The notes under the pieces: generated by a model
Seen by the model: only the letters and a program-made list of their open reading frames with translations
Told to the model about the DNA's origin: nothing
The model's database searches: none
In this document: piece after piece, positions 1-14,840 of the stretch
Numbering within the stretch: position 1 is the first letter of the stretch
Layout: each line of letters starts with the position of its first letter
NCBI GenBank assembly: GCA_951406725.2
Contig: OX597819.1
Coordinates: forward strand, 120,342,001-120,406,000
Direction: 5' to 3'
Origin: Octopus vulgaris
Lineage: Eukaryota
Length of the DNA stretch: 64,000 nt
Program-made: the position numbers and the translations under genes

Positions 1-29
1 AATGTATATATTTATATATGTACTATCAG

Positions 30-260
30 TAAATACATATTTATAAATATATAAATACATTTATAAATATATACATGTATAAATAGACACAAATATATAT
101 TATATACATTTATAAATATATATGTTAGTAGATACATATTTATAAATATATAAATACATTTATAAATATATAAATATATAAATTTATAAATATATACATG
201 TATAAATAGTCACAAATATATATTATATACATTTATAAATATATATGTTAGTAGATGCAT
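30..260. repeat. AT-rich low-complexity region with a ~120-bp internal duplication
   Basis: tatatacatgtataaatag(a/t)cacaaatatatattatatacatttataaatatatatgttagtagat occurs at about 69 and about 191. Confidence 0.75.
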
Positions 261-608
261 ACAAGCACTCACACACATGTATATATATATATTTATATGC
301 GGATACAGACATATATATATATGAGCGATATTCCTATGCCTAACTATTTGATGCAGTTCACATTCATATCCTAGCATCTCCCAATGACCAACCTCAAGTG
401 CACAAATCTTTGGGGCCCGTAGAATCTATCTGATTTCCTTGCCACACAATTATATCGGGGACCTAACACTTCAAACGCAGGTGTGTATTTATCACTTAGC
501 CATTTCTGCACAAAAACACAAATGCTCGACATATAAATGTATGTATAAATGTGCGTGTGTATGTATGCGCATGCATAAGTGTGTATAAATGCACATATAT
601 TTGCATAT

Positions 609-619
<11 letters not shown>

Positions 620-674
<55 letters not shown>
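620..674. repeat. (AT)n microsatellite
   Basis: Pure dinucleotide tract. Many similar (AT)n, (CA)n and (CAT)n tracts occur throughout the window. Confidence 0.95.
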
Positions 675-676
<2 letters not shown>

Positions 677-2570
677 GTGTATATATACATACACATGTAT
701 GTAAATGTACATAAGTAATATGTATGGTGTATGATATATGTTTATGTATTGGTAAGTCTCCGTTGGAGACAGTGCAATGTAACAGCCAATGCGACTACTG
801 CAACAGCTGTTATTAAACAACAACAACAAACAAAAAAATTAAATTTAAAAAAAAAAAAAATTGAACAATAAATTAAAATTTTTGAAGGAAGAAAAAACAT
901 TTTTTAAAAAAATAAAAAAATAAATTTAAATATCTGCCGTTGTTTGTTTTAGAATAAGTTCCGTTCTAAAGTTCTTTCACATAAGCTAGTAAAATCAGAT
1001 TTGACTAGTCTCATCCTATCTTTAGTTATACCTAAGAGGAAAAAAAAAAAAATATAATAAATAAACAAATTCATCACATAGATTATCCTTAAGCAAGGAT
1101 TAACACCATGTTCTGTTTTTGTTAATCATTTAGATGAATATTATTTTAACCCATTTGTCACCATATATCCATTGCTATTGTTTCAATTAATTTCAGAAAA
1201 GAATGAAGAGTTTATTAAACTAACTTTCTCATTAATAAGCTGGGGGTTTGAAACATAAATGAAAATGAAATTTTGATTGAAGGTTTTTAGATCACTTTAA
1301 CACTTTTGTTACCATATATCTAACGAAATGCATTGCCATTATTTTAATTAGAATTTTATTATTTTTTTTATTATTTTAATAATGAAGAATAGTAAAAATA
1401 ATCTTGTAATTATTTAACTGGTGTCTGGAATATATATTAACAGAAAATATTAATGAGGAATTTTGAGATCACTTAACAGCAGGAGGTAAGTGTCATAGAA
1501 CCAGGGGCGGTTTCAGGTGTTTGGCATCAAAGGGTTAATTTAATATTTGACTTGGATCAAATCTGTTTTAAGATTGCTACTCACATTTCTTGGTTTTCTT
1601 TGGTAGAATTTTAATTTTTTTTTTTTTGGTTTTTGAAATTTTTGATGTTTAAATTTGTTAATTTTTATCTATTTTTAGCTATCTACAATTTATATTTTTT
1701 TTTAACTTCATAAATGAAAATTTAAAAAACAATTTTTTTCCTTTTTAAAATAATCCTTTAAATTTTAAATTATTTTGTTTTCTTTCCTGTTTTTCTTCAT
1801 TATATGTTTTCTCTTTCTCCTTTGTATTTGCATCTCAGTCTGCCCATCTTTCTTTTTCCTCTTATTCTATTGTCTCTTTTCCTTTTGTAAAATACATTTC
1901 TAAAGGAAAATGAAAACAAGAGGCATATTTACATCTTAGCAAAGATGCATTTAAAGAAAAATGTTTCCTCATCGCCCATTGTCTTAAAAAAAAAAACGTA
2001 CACGTATACATACATGTATATGAAGTTTTAAAAAGATTGGACAACTAATGGAACTCGGCAATGAACCAAGCATCAAGCAAATAGCTGCTAGGGAGGAGAA
2101 GTGGAATTTTAAGAAGACACCTTGTCTCTTTCTACACTTAGACCCACAACCGAAATCTGTGGGTCAACACAAAGATATTTAGAAGGAGGAATGTGGAAAG
2201 ACAAGATTTAAATATCTCTTTTTAAATCATTAAAAAAAACATAAACGTTAAATAGTTTAATGATTAACAACTATGTTACCAATTGTGTTGGTCACAAGAT
2301 GCTTTGCATGGCTACGGATGGTTTTTTTTTTTCCTTAAAAAAATTCATATAAAGCACTTGGGACTTTTGGCCTGTAGTCCATTTCAGTTTTTTTTTTGTT
2401 TGTTTGTTTAGTACAGCCAAGGAAAATCTTTTACAAAAGGTCCCAAGAAAATTAAATGTCTTCTGCAGCATCATAAAAGAACCAGTAGTTTCTCCCTTCT
2501 GGCCCTCTCTGCATTGCTAAAACGCCAAGTTTCACAAGACCTATTAAATCACAGTTTGCTAAAGAAGAGT

Positions 2571-2767
2571 TCACCGGTCAGACAACTTGTAAACAACAAG
2601 TTCGTATGTGGACATCACTATTGCTGTGTTAGGTATCTGACGTACGAACTGTGTGCCAAGACCACGGTACAAAGCCAAGAAACCTTCTTCGCGAGCAACG
2701 AGGAATAACGTCTGGAAAAAGGAGGTGTATTTGAGGCCTTCTTGACGTAACCTTGTCCGTGCAACTT
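2571..2767 (-). CDS. SLC25A36: SLC25A36-like last coding exon, ending in TGA
   Basis: ttttgttttgcag|AA. Encodes [64 protein letters not shown]. The third signature PHEVARTR spans the junction. The six exons total 970 nt in one frame. Confidence 0.95.
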
Positions 2768-2785
2768 CTGCAAAACAAAAAAAAA

Positions 2786-4136
2786 GATATAAAAAAATAA
2801 TATTAACTCCTTGATTTAAAAATAATATAAAGGATATAAAAATAATATAAAGGATATAAAAAAATAATATTAACTCCTTAATTTAAAAATAATATGAAGG
2901 ATATAAAAAATAATATTAACTCCTTAATTTAAAAATAATATAAAGGATATAAAAAAATAATATTAACTCCTTAATTTAAAAATAATATAAAGGATATAAA
3001 AAATAATATTAACTCCTTAATTTGAAAATAATATAAAGGATATAAAAAAATAATATTAACTCCTTAATTTAAAAATAATATAAAGGATATAAAAAATAAT
3101 ATTAACTCCTTAATTTAAAAATAATATAAAGGATATAAAAAAATAATATTAACTCCTTAATTTAAAAATAATATAAAGGATATAAAAAATAATATTAACT
3201 CCTTAATTTAAAAATAATATAAAGGATATAAAAAAATAATATTAACTCCTTAATTTAAAAATAATATAAAGGATATAAAAAATAATATTAACTCCTTAAT
3301 TTAAAAATAATATAAAGGATATAAAAAAATAATATTAACTCCTTAATTTAAAAATAATATAAAGGATATAAAAAATAATATTAACTCCTTAATTTAAAAA
3401 TAATATAAAGGATATAAAAAATAATATTAACTCCTTAATTTAAAAATAATATAAAGGATATAAAAAATAATATTAACTCCTTAATTTAAAAATAATATAA
3501 AGGATATAAAAAAATAATATTAACTCCTTAATTTTAAAATAATATAAAGGATATAAAAAATAATATTAACTCCTTAATTTAAAAATAATATAAAGGATAT
3601 AAAAAATAATATTAACTCCTTAATTTAAAAATAATATAAAGGATATAAAAAAATAATATTAACTCCTTAATTTAAAAATAATATAAAGGATATAAAAAAA
3701 TATATTAACTCCTTAATTTAAAAATAATATAAAGGATATAAAAAATAATATTAACTTCTTAATTTAAAAATAATATAAAGGATATAAAAAAATAATATTA
3801 ACTCCTTAATTTAAAAATAATATAAAGGATATAAAAAATAATATTAACTCCTTAATTTAAAAATAATATAAAGGACATAAAAAAATAATATTAACTTCTT
3901 AATTTAAAAATAATATAAAGGATATAAAAAAATAATATTAACTTCTTAATTTAAAAATAATATAAAGGATATAAAAAAATAATATTAACTCCTTAATTTA
4001 AAAATAATATAAAGGATATAAAAAAATAATATTAACTCCTTAATTTAAAAATAATATAAAGGATATAAAAAAATAATATTAACTCCTTAATTTTAAAATA
4101 ATATAAAGGATATAAAAAATATTAACTCCTTAATTA
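2786..4136. repeat. AT-rich minisatellite, 46-47-bp unit, about 29 copies
   Basis: Unit TAATATTAACTCCTTAATTTAAAAATAATATAAAGGATATAAAAAA(A), highly homogeneous. Confidence 0.97.
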
Positions 4137-5762
4137 AACAGAAGGATAATAATTATAGAAGATATCTATAATTTTTACTTATACTTATTTTCTTGACTGT
4201 CAATGACAAATACAAAAGCCAAGCCTATCATGATGTTGAACTAAACTTACTAAAATACATCTAAGTGAATGCTTTACTAATATTCTTTTCTACTCTAGGC
4301 ACAAGGTTTGAAATTTTGGAGGATGGAGCCAGTTGATTAGATTGACCCAGTATGCAACTGGTACTTAATTTATTGACCTTGAAAGGATGAAAGGCAAAGT
4401 CAAACTTGGCAGGAATTTGAACTCAGAACATAAGACAGATGAAATACCGCTGAGCATTTAGCCCAGTATGCTAATGTTTCTACCAGCTGATGATAATGAC
4501 GAATGGATGGGTTCTACATATTTCAGGTGTCTATATATTGTTGGAAAAAGTATTTTTGAAATAGAATGTTAGTGCCAAGTGAAACCCATCTAGCATGTTC
4601 TGTACAGTGGTTGGTTTTAGGAAAGGTGTCAAGCTGTAGCAACCCTGCCAAAACAAAGGAGCCTGGTACAGCTCCCAGCCTTGCTAGCTCCTACCAAACC
4701 ATTCAGGCCATATCAGCATGGGAAACAGATGTTAAATGATGATGATGAGGATGATAAATGCTACTACTAATACTAATAAATATTACCAGCTAGAGAGAAG
4801 CAGAAAGAGAGCTTCTAAATGGTCACTTGATCAGCTAGAAATATCCTTCAAATCATACAGTCGGATAATATGGTAGTATTATATTCATTATGTCTGGAAA
4901 ACAGACAGGATGCCATGGCTGGGATGTTTTCAATGATAAGACAGCTGGTTCAAGCTGGTCTGGAGTTAACAACAATAACTATACAACACAAGTGGAACAT
5001 GCTGTCTGTAGGTCAGGCATAGACAAGTACAGCAAAGTGCTTTGCTTAAAACCAAAACAAAATGTTTGTAACGGGATTTTGGGTACTTGACTTGTGCAAT
5101 CAATTCTCCTTAGGAATTCTATTAAGTGGTCGTAAAAATATTTGAATGCATAACTTTCAAGAGTGTGTTTAATAAATAAACAGGAATGGCCACTTGTTTA
5201 TGAAGCTTGTTTCCCAACCATGTGGTTTCAGGTTCAGTCCTACAGCATGGCATCTTGAAAAGGTGTCTTCTACCAAGGTCCCATATTTCGTGGATGGAAA
5301 CTAAATGAAACATGTTGTGCCATTATCATTTAATCATCTTAAAGGTGCTCTTAAAGGTACCCTACTAGCATGGGACTCGAGTGCCAGTAGTGCGACGCTG
5401 GTAACGATCATGCTCAAATGGTGCTCTTTAAGTGCCACTGGCACAGAAGCCGGTTAGCTGCTCTGTCAATGATCACACTCGTATGGTGCTCTTTGCACCG
5501 TTTCCAATATTCTGTTGAACTATGACTGGCCATGGGGGAATATTACCTTACTTAGAAACAAGTGAAGGTTGGCAACAGGAAGAGCACCCAGTCATTGAAA
5601 ATCTGTTTAAACAAATTCCATCTAACTCATGCAAGCATGGAAAAGCAGATGTTAAGCAATGATGACGATAGTGAAGATGAGTTTCATAAATGCAAAACCA
5701 CCCAACTCAGCTGTAAAAGGAAAGTTCTTGTAATTACATCATATTTTTCTCTTCAAACTTAC

Positions 5763-6046
5763 CATGTGGATATGCAATGCATGTAGCACAAGTCTTGGAA
5801 ATGGCACCAGAAAGCATGCAGTAGAGGAAATCTGATGGTTTCCGTTCATTGTTAGTGTAGCTGCCACTCTGCTTTTGATTATTGTAGGCAAGGAACCGGC
5901 TCTTGAGAGCTTCATATATCACAAAATGAATAACGGTTTCGGTCATTCCAAAGTAGGAAGCGGTGATGCCTTTGTAGAAACCTCTAACACCACTCTGTTG
6001 GTAAATGTTCTTAATACAGTCACGACACTTTAAACTGTTGTCTTTC
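5763..6046 (-). CDS. SLC25A36: SLC25A36-like coding exon, 284 nt
   Basis: ttttctattttcag|G ... G|gtaagt. Encodes KDNSLKCRDCIKNIYQQSGVRGFYKGITASYFGMTETVIHFVIYEALK...GAISKTCATCIAYPH(E). Confidence 0.95.
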
Positions 6047-7938
6047 CTGAAAATAGAAAACAGATTTGGTCAATGGTTGTGAATAGCATTTTTTAGAATA
6101 AACTTATAGAATTTTAATTTCAGCATTCAGATCACTTTGTCAAAGCAATATTTATTTAATCACACATTACCAACCCAGCTGAAACCGGCTCTGGCTCTGT
6201 AGTACAAATGTCTTGTTTTCATAAGTTTAGAATTAAAACCTTCCACCAATCCTTTGTCACAATTTATGTTCCTAACACTTGCTTGATGATAACTAAGTTA
6301 TTTTACAAAATTCTTTGTTATATTTAAAATAATTGAGAGAAACAATGAGCATATCAAAATAAATACGGTAACGAAAGGGTTAATCACACATTATCTTATA
6401 GCTTCAAGATTTTAGTGATGCTGTGAATTTTTAGAATGGCATGGTAGGTCAGTTGTGAGAGACCAGATCTAGCCAGTTTGGACATGAAGCAAGTATTATA
6501 TTTGGGTCAGATATAGCCAGTTTAAATGCTAGAGTTAATAATGATGATGATGTGCAACCCTTTAACCAATACAGAGATTGAGGGGCGATCTGCTAAGGCT
6601 CATATGAGATTTGAACTTAGCACTGCTAACTTTAAAAATAAGATTACATTCATCAACATTAACCCTTTTGTGACCATAATTTACAGAAATACATTGCCTT
6701 TGTTTCCATTAATTTTCAAAATTATAAAGAATTCAGTAAAATAAATGTCATTACAAATCCGGGTTTTCAAGCATAATTGAACACGAAATTTTGGAGGAGG
6801 GGTTTAATTTAAACAACTTTAAAACAAGACATATGCATCATAGAACCAGAGGGGTTGAGTGGGTTGATAACAAAGGAGTTATTCACACAGTTTCCAATCA
6901 GGAAGTACACCAGTTGTCAGTCAAGGCAACTGAGACAATAAAAGTTGAAAAATTCAGGGTGTAATGACTTGGTTAGAATTTTAAATGCGCCACAACTGCT
7001 CCAAGAAGTAAAAACTGAAAAAAGAGGTACCATGATAAAAAAACATGGAATTTATTTCATAAGTGTCTTTGTTAGGGATCAGAAATTGAATAAAAACTGA
7101 TCCTTTGGCTAAATAATCTAATAATTCAACAACATGGCTACCATAAAATGTAACCTTTCATTGAATTGAATTTCAATACAAATTCAAATTTTGCTGAAAT
7201 GAGACAAAATTATAAATAACTCCACAGAATTAAATAAAATGTAAAAAAAAAAAATGGTGGAGAGATGGCTAAAGAAATAAAAGCAATGGTAATGTATGGC
7301 TGTGTAGTAAAGTGTACTTTCCAACCAAATGGTTTTGGGTTCAGTCCCACCGTGCAGCACTAAGGGCAAGTGTCTTCCACTAGAGCTTTGGGTCAACCAA
7401 AGCTTTCTCAGAATAGACAGAAGCTTGAGAAAAGCTCATCAGATGTGTGTATGTGTGTAAGTATGTGTGTATGTATGTGCATGTATGTATGTGTGTGTAT
7501 GTATGTATGTATGTGTGTGTGTGTGTTTGCACTTCTCTGAGAATTGTTGAGTTACAAGCTATGAAGTTCTTATTCCTCTTTCTTTCCATTTACAATCCCT
7601 TTTGATCGAAAACCAAACCCCTTTCTGTTACCCCCCAAAAGAAAAGCTCTACCTTGTAATTTTGTCCTGTCTGTGTGCAGCCCTGTGTGGCTAATAAAGA
7701 AACATATTATTTCTTCTGTTGACAAATCATCAGCTTTATGTCTTTGAAGGCAAAGTGGAATAAGAGATAGAAAAACCTTACTTGAAGAACCAATTAGTGA
7801 GAGGAAATGCATCCAGCTGCATAACACTGCCACAATAAAATATTCATCTAACTTATGAGAGAACGAAAGGGAGGGGGGGAGATAGAGAGAAAAAAAAGAC
7901 ATAAAATATAAAAAATAAAAATGAACAAATGAACTCAC

Positions 7939-8005
7939 TTCTGATCCAATTGCAACCGAGTCTTGACAAACCAAATTGGATTTGTAGCTGTGCTTGCAGT
8001 GAAAC
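7939..8005 (-). CDS. SLC25A36: SLC25A36-like coding exon, 67 nt
   Basis: cccttccag|GT ... AA|gtgagt. Encodes FTASTATNPIWFVKTRLQLDQ(K). The PIW variant of the second signature motif is typical of Rim2/SLC25A33/36 and related cofactor carriers. Confidence 0.95.
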
Positions 8006-9509
8006 CTGGAAGGGTGGAAGATGAAATAAAATGAGAACTAATACACTTTTTTTTTTTTAATGCAAATTAAGAAAAAAAAAAGGATACAAATCAAAATTTG
8101 AGAAGAGAGATCAAATATGAAAACAGAACTGCAAAATAATAACTGGCATATTCATTCTTAAAACATTCTGGAAGATTTGAAGAAAAATATGCTAAATATT
8201 GTTGTGTCTGTCACAGGAGAACAGCTTCTCTTTTACAAGAAATGTACAACACTCTTGGAGTGGTTGACATTAGGAAGGGCACCCAGCAGTAGAAACTCTG
8301 CTAGATCGGCGGCGAGCTGGCAGAATCGTTAGCACGACGGATGAAATGCTTAGTGGTATTTCGTCTGCTGTTACATTCTGAGTTCAAATTCCGCCAAGGT
8401 CGACTTTGCCTTTCATTCTTTTGGGGTTGATAAATTAAGTACCAGTTACGCACTGGGGTCGATGTAATCGACAATTCCTTTGTCCTTGTTTGTCACCTCT
8501 ATGTTTAGCCCCTTGAGGGCAATAAAGAAATAAGAAACTCTGCCAGATCGGATTAGAGCCTGGTGCAGCCATCTGGCTCGCCAGTCCTCAGTCAAACCGT
8601 CCAACCCATGCCAGCGTGGAAAGCAGACGGTAAACGATGGTGATGGTGATGATGACGATGTATGTTCATAACACCTGAGTCATTAGTACAAGAGATTCTC
8701 GAACAACCAGTGTTTCAACAATATTGTATCTCATCAGTCAGAAGCACTCCCAGACCAACGAATGTATCAAGAACCAATAATCTACTATAATAATACTCTG
8801 GTGTTTTTCTCCATCACAACATATGAATGAGAAAGGAAGGGGTGATGGTAAACTGGTAGTGGGATGGTGAACATGCAATGTTGAAAAGAAAAATCAAACA
8901 TTGCAATTCTGTGTGTGTGTGTATACAAGGGAAATATGTGTATGCATGCGAACATTGACTGGTGTATTAATTTGATTTACCATCTGTATTTATATATAAA
9001 ATACTACAATTAGCTGTCATTTTTGACAGCATGGGACTAGCTGGTCTTTCTCTTTTACTTGTTTCAGTCATTTGACTGTGGCCATGTTGGAGCATCGCCT
9101 TTAGTCGAGCAAATCAACCCCAGGACTTATTCTATCGGTCTCTTTTGCCGAACCACTAAGTTACAGGGACATAAATACACAATCATTGGTTGTCAAGTGA
9201 TGTTGGGGGACAAACACAGACACACAAATATACACACACACACATATATATATATACATATATACAACAGGCTTCTTTCAGTTTCCATCTGCCAAATCCA
9301 CTCACAAGGCTTTGGTTGGCCCAAGGTTATAGTAGAAGACACTTGCCCAAGGTGCCACGCAGTGGAACTGAACCTGGAACCATGTGATTGGTAAGCAAGC
9401 TACTTACCACACAGCCACTCCTGCGCCTGTTACAGCCATTCCTATACCTATAAACAAGTCTTGTTTATAATTTCTGTGAACAAACTTTGCTGATCTATGC
9501 TGATATCTA

Positions 9510-9870
9510 CCATCATCATCATATTTTGAATCTGAGTTTTGTACCCGTTAACGGGGGTGGCCAGATCTACCCCAATGCCATAGCAACCACCCTTACACCA
9601 TCTCGCCCAGTTTTGGGCATCTGCCCTTCTCAAGCCAACCCTCCCAATCTACTCCTCCACATTTTCCTTGGTCTAACTCGCTTTCCTCGTCCATTCACCT
9701 CAAACTCTAGCACCCTCTTCAGAACATGCTCCTCATCCCCCCTCAACACATGCCCAAAACACTGCACTCCATCCACCCTTGACAGCCGTTCCACTGATAC
9801 CTCCAACCCCAGCATCTCCATCAAGTCCTCAGTCCTCCTCTTATCAAACAGCCTCATGCCACACATAAAT
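9510..9870 (-). mobile_element. RTE-clade LINE 3' fragment, second family
   Basis: ORF 9630-9866 MCGMRLFDKRRTEDLMEMLGL...FGHVLRGDEEHVLKRVLEFEVNGRGKRVRPRKMW is the typical RTE RT C-terminal region. There is a short (GAT)n tail at about 9510. Confidence 0.85.
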
Positions 9871-9921
9871 TGTCAAGTGCATGGTGTACAGCAAGTATCA
9901 AAATGAGGACTTATTTATTAA

Positions 9922-10142
9922 CCCTTTCATTACTGTAGTTATTTTGAGATGCTTTGTGTTTCTTTCAATTACTTTAAATATAACAAAGAATTTAGTAAAA
10001 TAACTTAGTTATCATTCAGCTAGTGTTAGGAACATAAATTATGACTAAGGTTTGGTGGAAGATTTTATATCAAAACTTATGAAAACAAGACATTTGTACT
10101 ACAGAGCCAGAGCCGGTTTCAACCGGGTTGGTAACGAAAGGG
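9922..10142. mobile_element. piggyBac-like MITE, about 220 bp
   Basis: TTAA|CCCTTTCATTAC ... GTAACGAAAGGG|TTAA. Copies at about 1148-1538, 6167-6383, 6660-6870, 12762-12941, 12973-13194, 34969-35390, 42614-42795. Confidence 0.88.
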
Positions 10143-10678
10143 TTAATATATTTAGAGGATTACTGTTTATAAGGGGATTATTTATATTGGCTTCCAGACA
10201 AACAAGAGTAGGGGCCACAGTAATCTAGACAGACAGTGGAAGCCTTATGTTGCCAACAAAACAGGTGATAATCGACAGCCATATGTACGGAGGCAAGGAT
10301 TGTATAAATTCATGATCAATGAGCTGTTTACATTCAAACCTAAATCCTCAATGTATCTGCATTTTTATATTTGAAATAAAAATCATGAAGATGAAAGCTA
10401 CCACAATGTAGAACAAAGAGTCAATGAAGAGGGAGGGCTCTATGCAGGGACATGACTTGCTAGAAATAGCAACTAAATTACCATCATATAACACACTACT
10501 CATCATCATGGGTTGGACAGTTTGACAGGAGCTGGGCAGGCAGGAGCCAGCAGCAGACTGGTGTCTGTTTTGGCATGGATGCCCTTCCTAACATCAACCA
10601 CCCAGCAGAATAGGCTGAGTGCTTTTTACATGGCACCAGCACAAAAGGGAGAAGGGACTAGACAGTGTAGTTCTAGAC

Positions 10679-11588
<910 letters not shown>

Positions 11589-12586
11589 CTCGAAGCATAA
11601 AAGTGGTGATGGTCATCAGTTGGAAAGCTTTTGATTACAAGTCTGCTGTATCAACACGAAAGAAGATATAATCATTCAACATTTTGGTTTATTGAACTCT
11701 GATTACAGAATAAAATATTTGCACCTTTTTAAAAATATTTATTAGGTGCAGGTATGGGTTGTAGGTAAACAGCTCAGTTTGCAACCATGTGGCTTTGGGT
11801 TCAGTCTCAGAGTGCAGCATCTTGGACAAGTGCCTTCTATTACAACCCTGGGTCAACTGATGCCTTGGGAGTGAATCTGGTAGATGGATGTAGAAGCCCA
11901 CTATGTGTGTGTGGGTCCACCAACACCACACTGCTTGATAACTGGTGTTGGTTAGCTTAGTTCAGCAAAAGAGACCGACAAAATAAATAAGACTTGTTTC
12001 AGTCATTTGACTGTGGCCATGCTGGAGCATCGCCTTTAGTTGAGCAAATCGATCCCCAGGACTTACTCTTTGGAAGCCTAGTACTTATTCTATCGGTCTC
12101 TTTTGCTGAACTGCTAAGTTATGGGGACGAAAACACACCACCATTGGTTATCAAGTGATGTTGGGGGGGACAAACACAGACACACACATATATGATGGGC
12201 TTCTTTCAGCTTCTGCCTACCAAATCTACTCACAAGGCTTTGGTTGGCCTGAGGCTATAGTAGAAGACACTTGCTCAAGGTGCCACACAGTGGGGAATGA
12301 ACCAGGAGCCATGTGGTTGGTAAGCAAGCTACTTACCACACAGCCACTCCTGTGCCTATAAGTACTAGATTTAAACAAATAAGTACAGGGGTCAATTTGT
12401 TTGATTAACCCCTTGAAGGCAGTGCCCTAGAATAGCCACAATCCAATAACTGAAGAAAGTAAATGATAAAAAAAAATTCTTGATGAGATTTATAAAACTG
12501 AAACAGTCAACAAACATTACAATTATCTGGTCTCTAGCAAAATTTTTTCTATTTCAAAAAAGAAAACAGTAGAAAGAGCAACTTAC

Positions 12587-12687
12587 CAGCTGCTAATGCA
12601 GAGAAGATGTGGACCAGAGGTGTATCAGGTGCTAATACTGAATTTAGGGTCATTTTCATATTAGCATATGCAAAAAAGTACAAAGCC
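12587..12687 (-). CDS. SLC25A36: SLC25A36-like coding exon, 101 nt
   Basis: ctcttttgcag|G ... G|gtaagt. Encodes ALYFFAYANMKMTLNSVLAPDTPLVHIFSALAA(G). Confidence 0.95.
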
Positions 12688-14594
12688 CTGCAAAAGAGAG
12701 AAAAGTAGAAATTCATTTCAGTATCCAACAAAGGTGTGTTTGGTATTTTCAGAATGCATTAACCCTTTCGATACCAGATTTATTTTGAGATGCTCTGTGA
12801 AAATAGAATTTAGTAAGCTAGAGTTATGAACATAAAATTGTGATTAAGGTTTGGTGGAAGATTTTAATTCAAGACTTATGAAAACAAGACATTTGCACTA
12901 CAGAGCCAGAAGCAGTTTCTGCTGAGTTGGTATCTAAAGGGTTAATAATTGTTTCTCTATTATATATTTTAACCCTTTTGTTGCCATATTTCTGTTGAGA
13001 CGCTCTCTGTTTCTTTCAATTAATTTAAAATTGAACTAAAAATATTGTAAAATAACTAAGTTATCATTAAGCTAGATTTTGGAACGAAAATGGTGACTAA
13101 GGTTTGGTAGAAGGTTTTAATTCAAAACTTATGAAAACAAGACATTTGTATTACAGAACTAGGGGCAGTTTCTGCCAGGTTGGTATCGAAAGGGTTAATA
13201 AAATAGTTCCGAAAAAACTAACATTAAATATGTCAATGTGGTCATTGAACATGGTTAAAATTGGTGGCCAAATTTCATTCTAGCCACACACACACACAAA
13301 AAAAATTACATAATATATATTGAGAAAAATAATAAATACTAAGTCAAGATGATTGATGCTGAACTGTTTTTCATCATGGGTCTTTTTGATCAGATTCCAC
13401 TTATTCAAGGTCAAACTGTGGCTAAATTGCCACAACCAGCAATGGTTCCCAAACCCTTCTTGATTCTTTTTTAAGAACCCACTTTCCAATCATTATCATC
13501 ACCATTATCACTACTGCCAACAACACTGTCAACACCACTACCACCACCACCACCACCATCATTTTAACATCCTCTTTTCCATGCTTGCATAGGTTGGACG
13601 AAATTCATAGAGTCAAATTTTCTACACCCAGCTGCCCTTCCCTGCCAATAACCCTCATCTGTTTCCCCATGGCCAGCATGCACAGACATGTTGTCAGTCA
13701 CAGCTCATTAGAAATGAACAGACATTGTTTATATGACGGTGACTCACATTTACAACAATAATGTAAAGAGACACAATTACACACATATATAAATACATAC
13801 ACAATGGGCTTCTTTCAATTTCTTATTTCTTTATTGCCCACAGGGGGCTAAACATAGAGGGGACAAACAAGGACAGACAAAGGGATTAAGTGGAGGTCGA
13901 CTTTGCCTTGGCACTGGGGTCAATGTAATCAACTTAATCCCTTTGTCTGTCCTTGTTTGTCCCCTCTGTGTTTAGCCCTTTGTGGGCAATAAAGAAATAT
14001 ATAGATAGATAGATACATACATACATACATGACGGAGCTTCTTTCATTTTACACAATGAGTGTATGAATGTATGTATGAGTAAGTGCATGTCTGCAATTT
14101 CTTACACAATAGTAATATAGGCCAATAAATTCTTATAGTTCTGATAAATAATCAGAATTTCTGAAAAGCAATCATGATTATCAATAGAAGATTCTGACCT
14201 AAAATTACACACAGAACCTTAGAGAGTATATTAAGGGGTAAATTGAGGTTGAGTGAGAGGGTAACTGGGAGATGGAAATGACAGAGTGAATAAATGAACA
14301 GCTGGATGTATAGACAGTAAGAACAGATGTTAGCTAAAGAATTTCTTGGTAAAAAGAAAATAAAGCAAACACAATGACATGGACAGTGAACTAGATTAGG
14401 TAAGGTGTGGTCTGTTAGGAGAGTCAGAAGAGGACAAGTGAGAATTCAATTATAAATCAATAAGAATATATGTTGTACATTGTATTGTTATGTAAGATTG
14501 TTATGTAAGATGTATTGTTATGTGAGATTTACTACACCGCACAACACCCAGGGCATGAGATTTCTGATATGGCCTTAAAAAAATTATAAATGCA

Positions 14595-14840
14595 CACTTT
14601 TAAAGCCAAGCCAGGCTCATGGGCCCGGTTTTCCAGTTTCAATGGAGTATGTGTTCCCCAGCTGGATTGGATGCCAGTCCATCGCAGCGTTACTCATTTT
14701 TGCCAGCTGAGTGAACTGGAGCAACGTGAAATGACGTGTTTTGCTCAAGAACAGAATGCGACGCCCGGTCCAGGAATCAAAACCGCAATCTTACGATCAT
14801 GATGCTGACACCCTACCCACTAAGCCACGCGTATCCACTA
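14595..14840 (-). mobile_element. tRNA-derived SINE with CORE-like and V-like segments
   Basis: Minus strand GCGTGGCTTAGTGG...GATTCCTGG...TTCTTGAGCAAAACAC...CTGCGATGGACTGGCATCC. Related copies at about 30200-30510, 40970-41550, 48370-48560, 50735-50850. Confidence 0.7.

Noticed and set aside
371-829. 152-aa ORF and the many other [12 protein letters not shown]-rich ORFs (for example 49986-50611, 10954-11249)
   Set aside because: These are translations of microsatellites and minisatellites, with no domain signal or splice context.
1-2570. 3'UTR and poly(A) site of the carrier gene
   Set aside because: There are several AATAAA-like hexamers in very AT-rich DNA, so the transcript end cannot be placed without expression data.
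8695-8745. Second hammerhead-like string on the minus strand (CTGATGA-GATACAATATTGTT-GAAAC)
   Set aside because: Stem II is weak and stem I does not pair next to any NUH site, so it is probably chance or heavily decayed.
9059-9394. Recurrent ORFs such as DGLLSVSVYQIHSQGFG...EDTCPRCHAVGLNPEPCGW and FLQLDALPNANHS
   Set aside because: They are antisense readings of SINE B and family C repeats, not a gene family.
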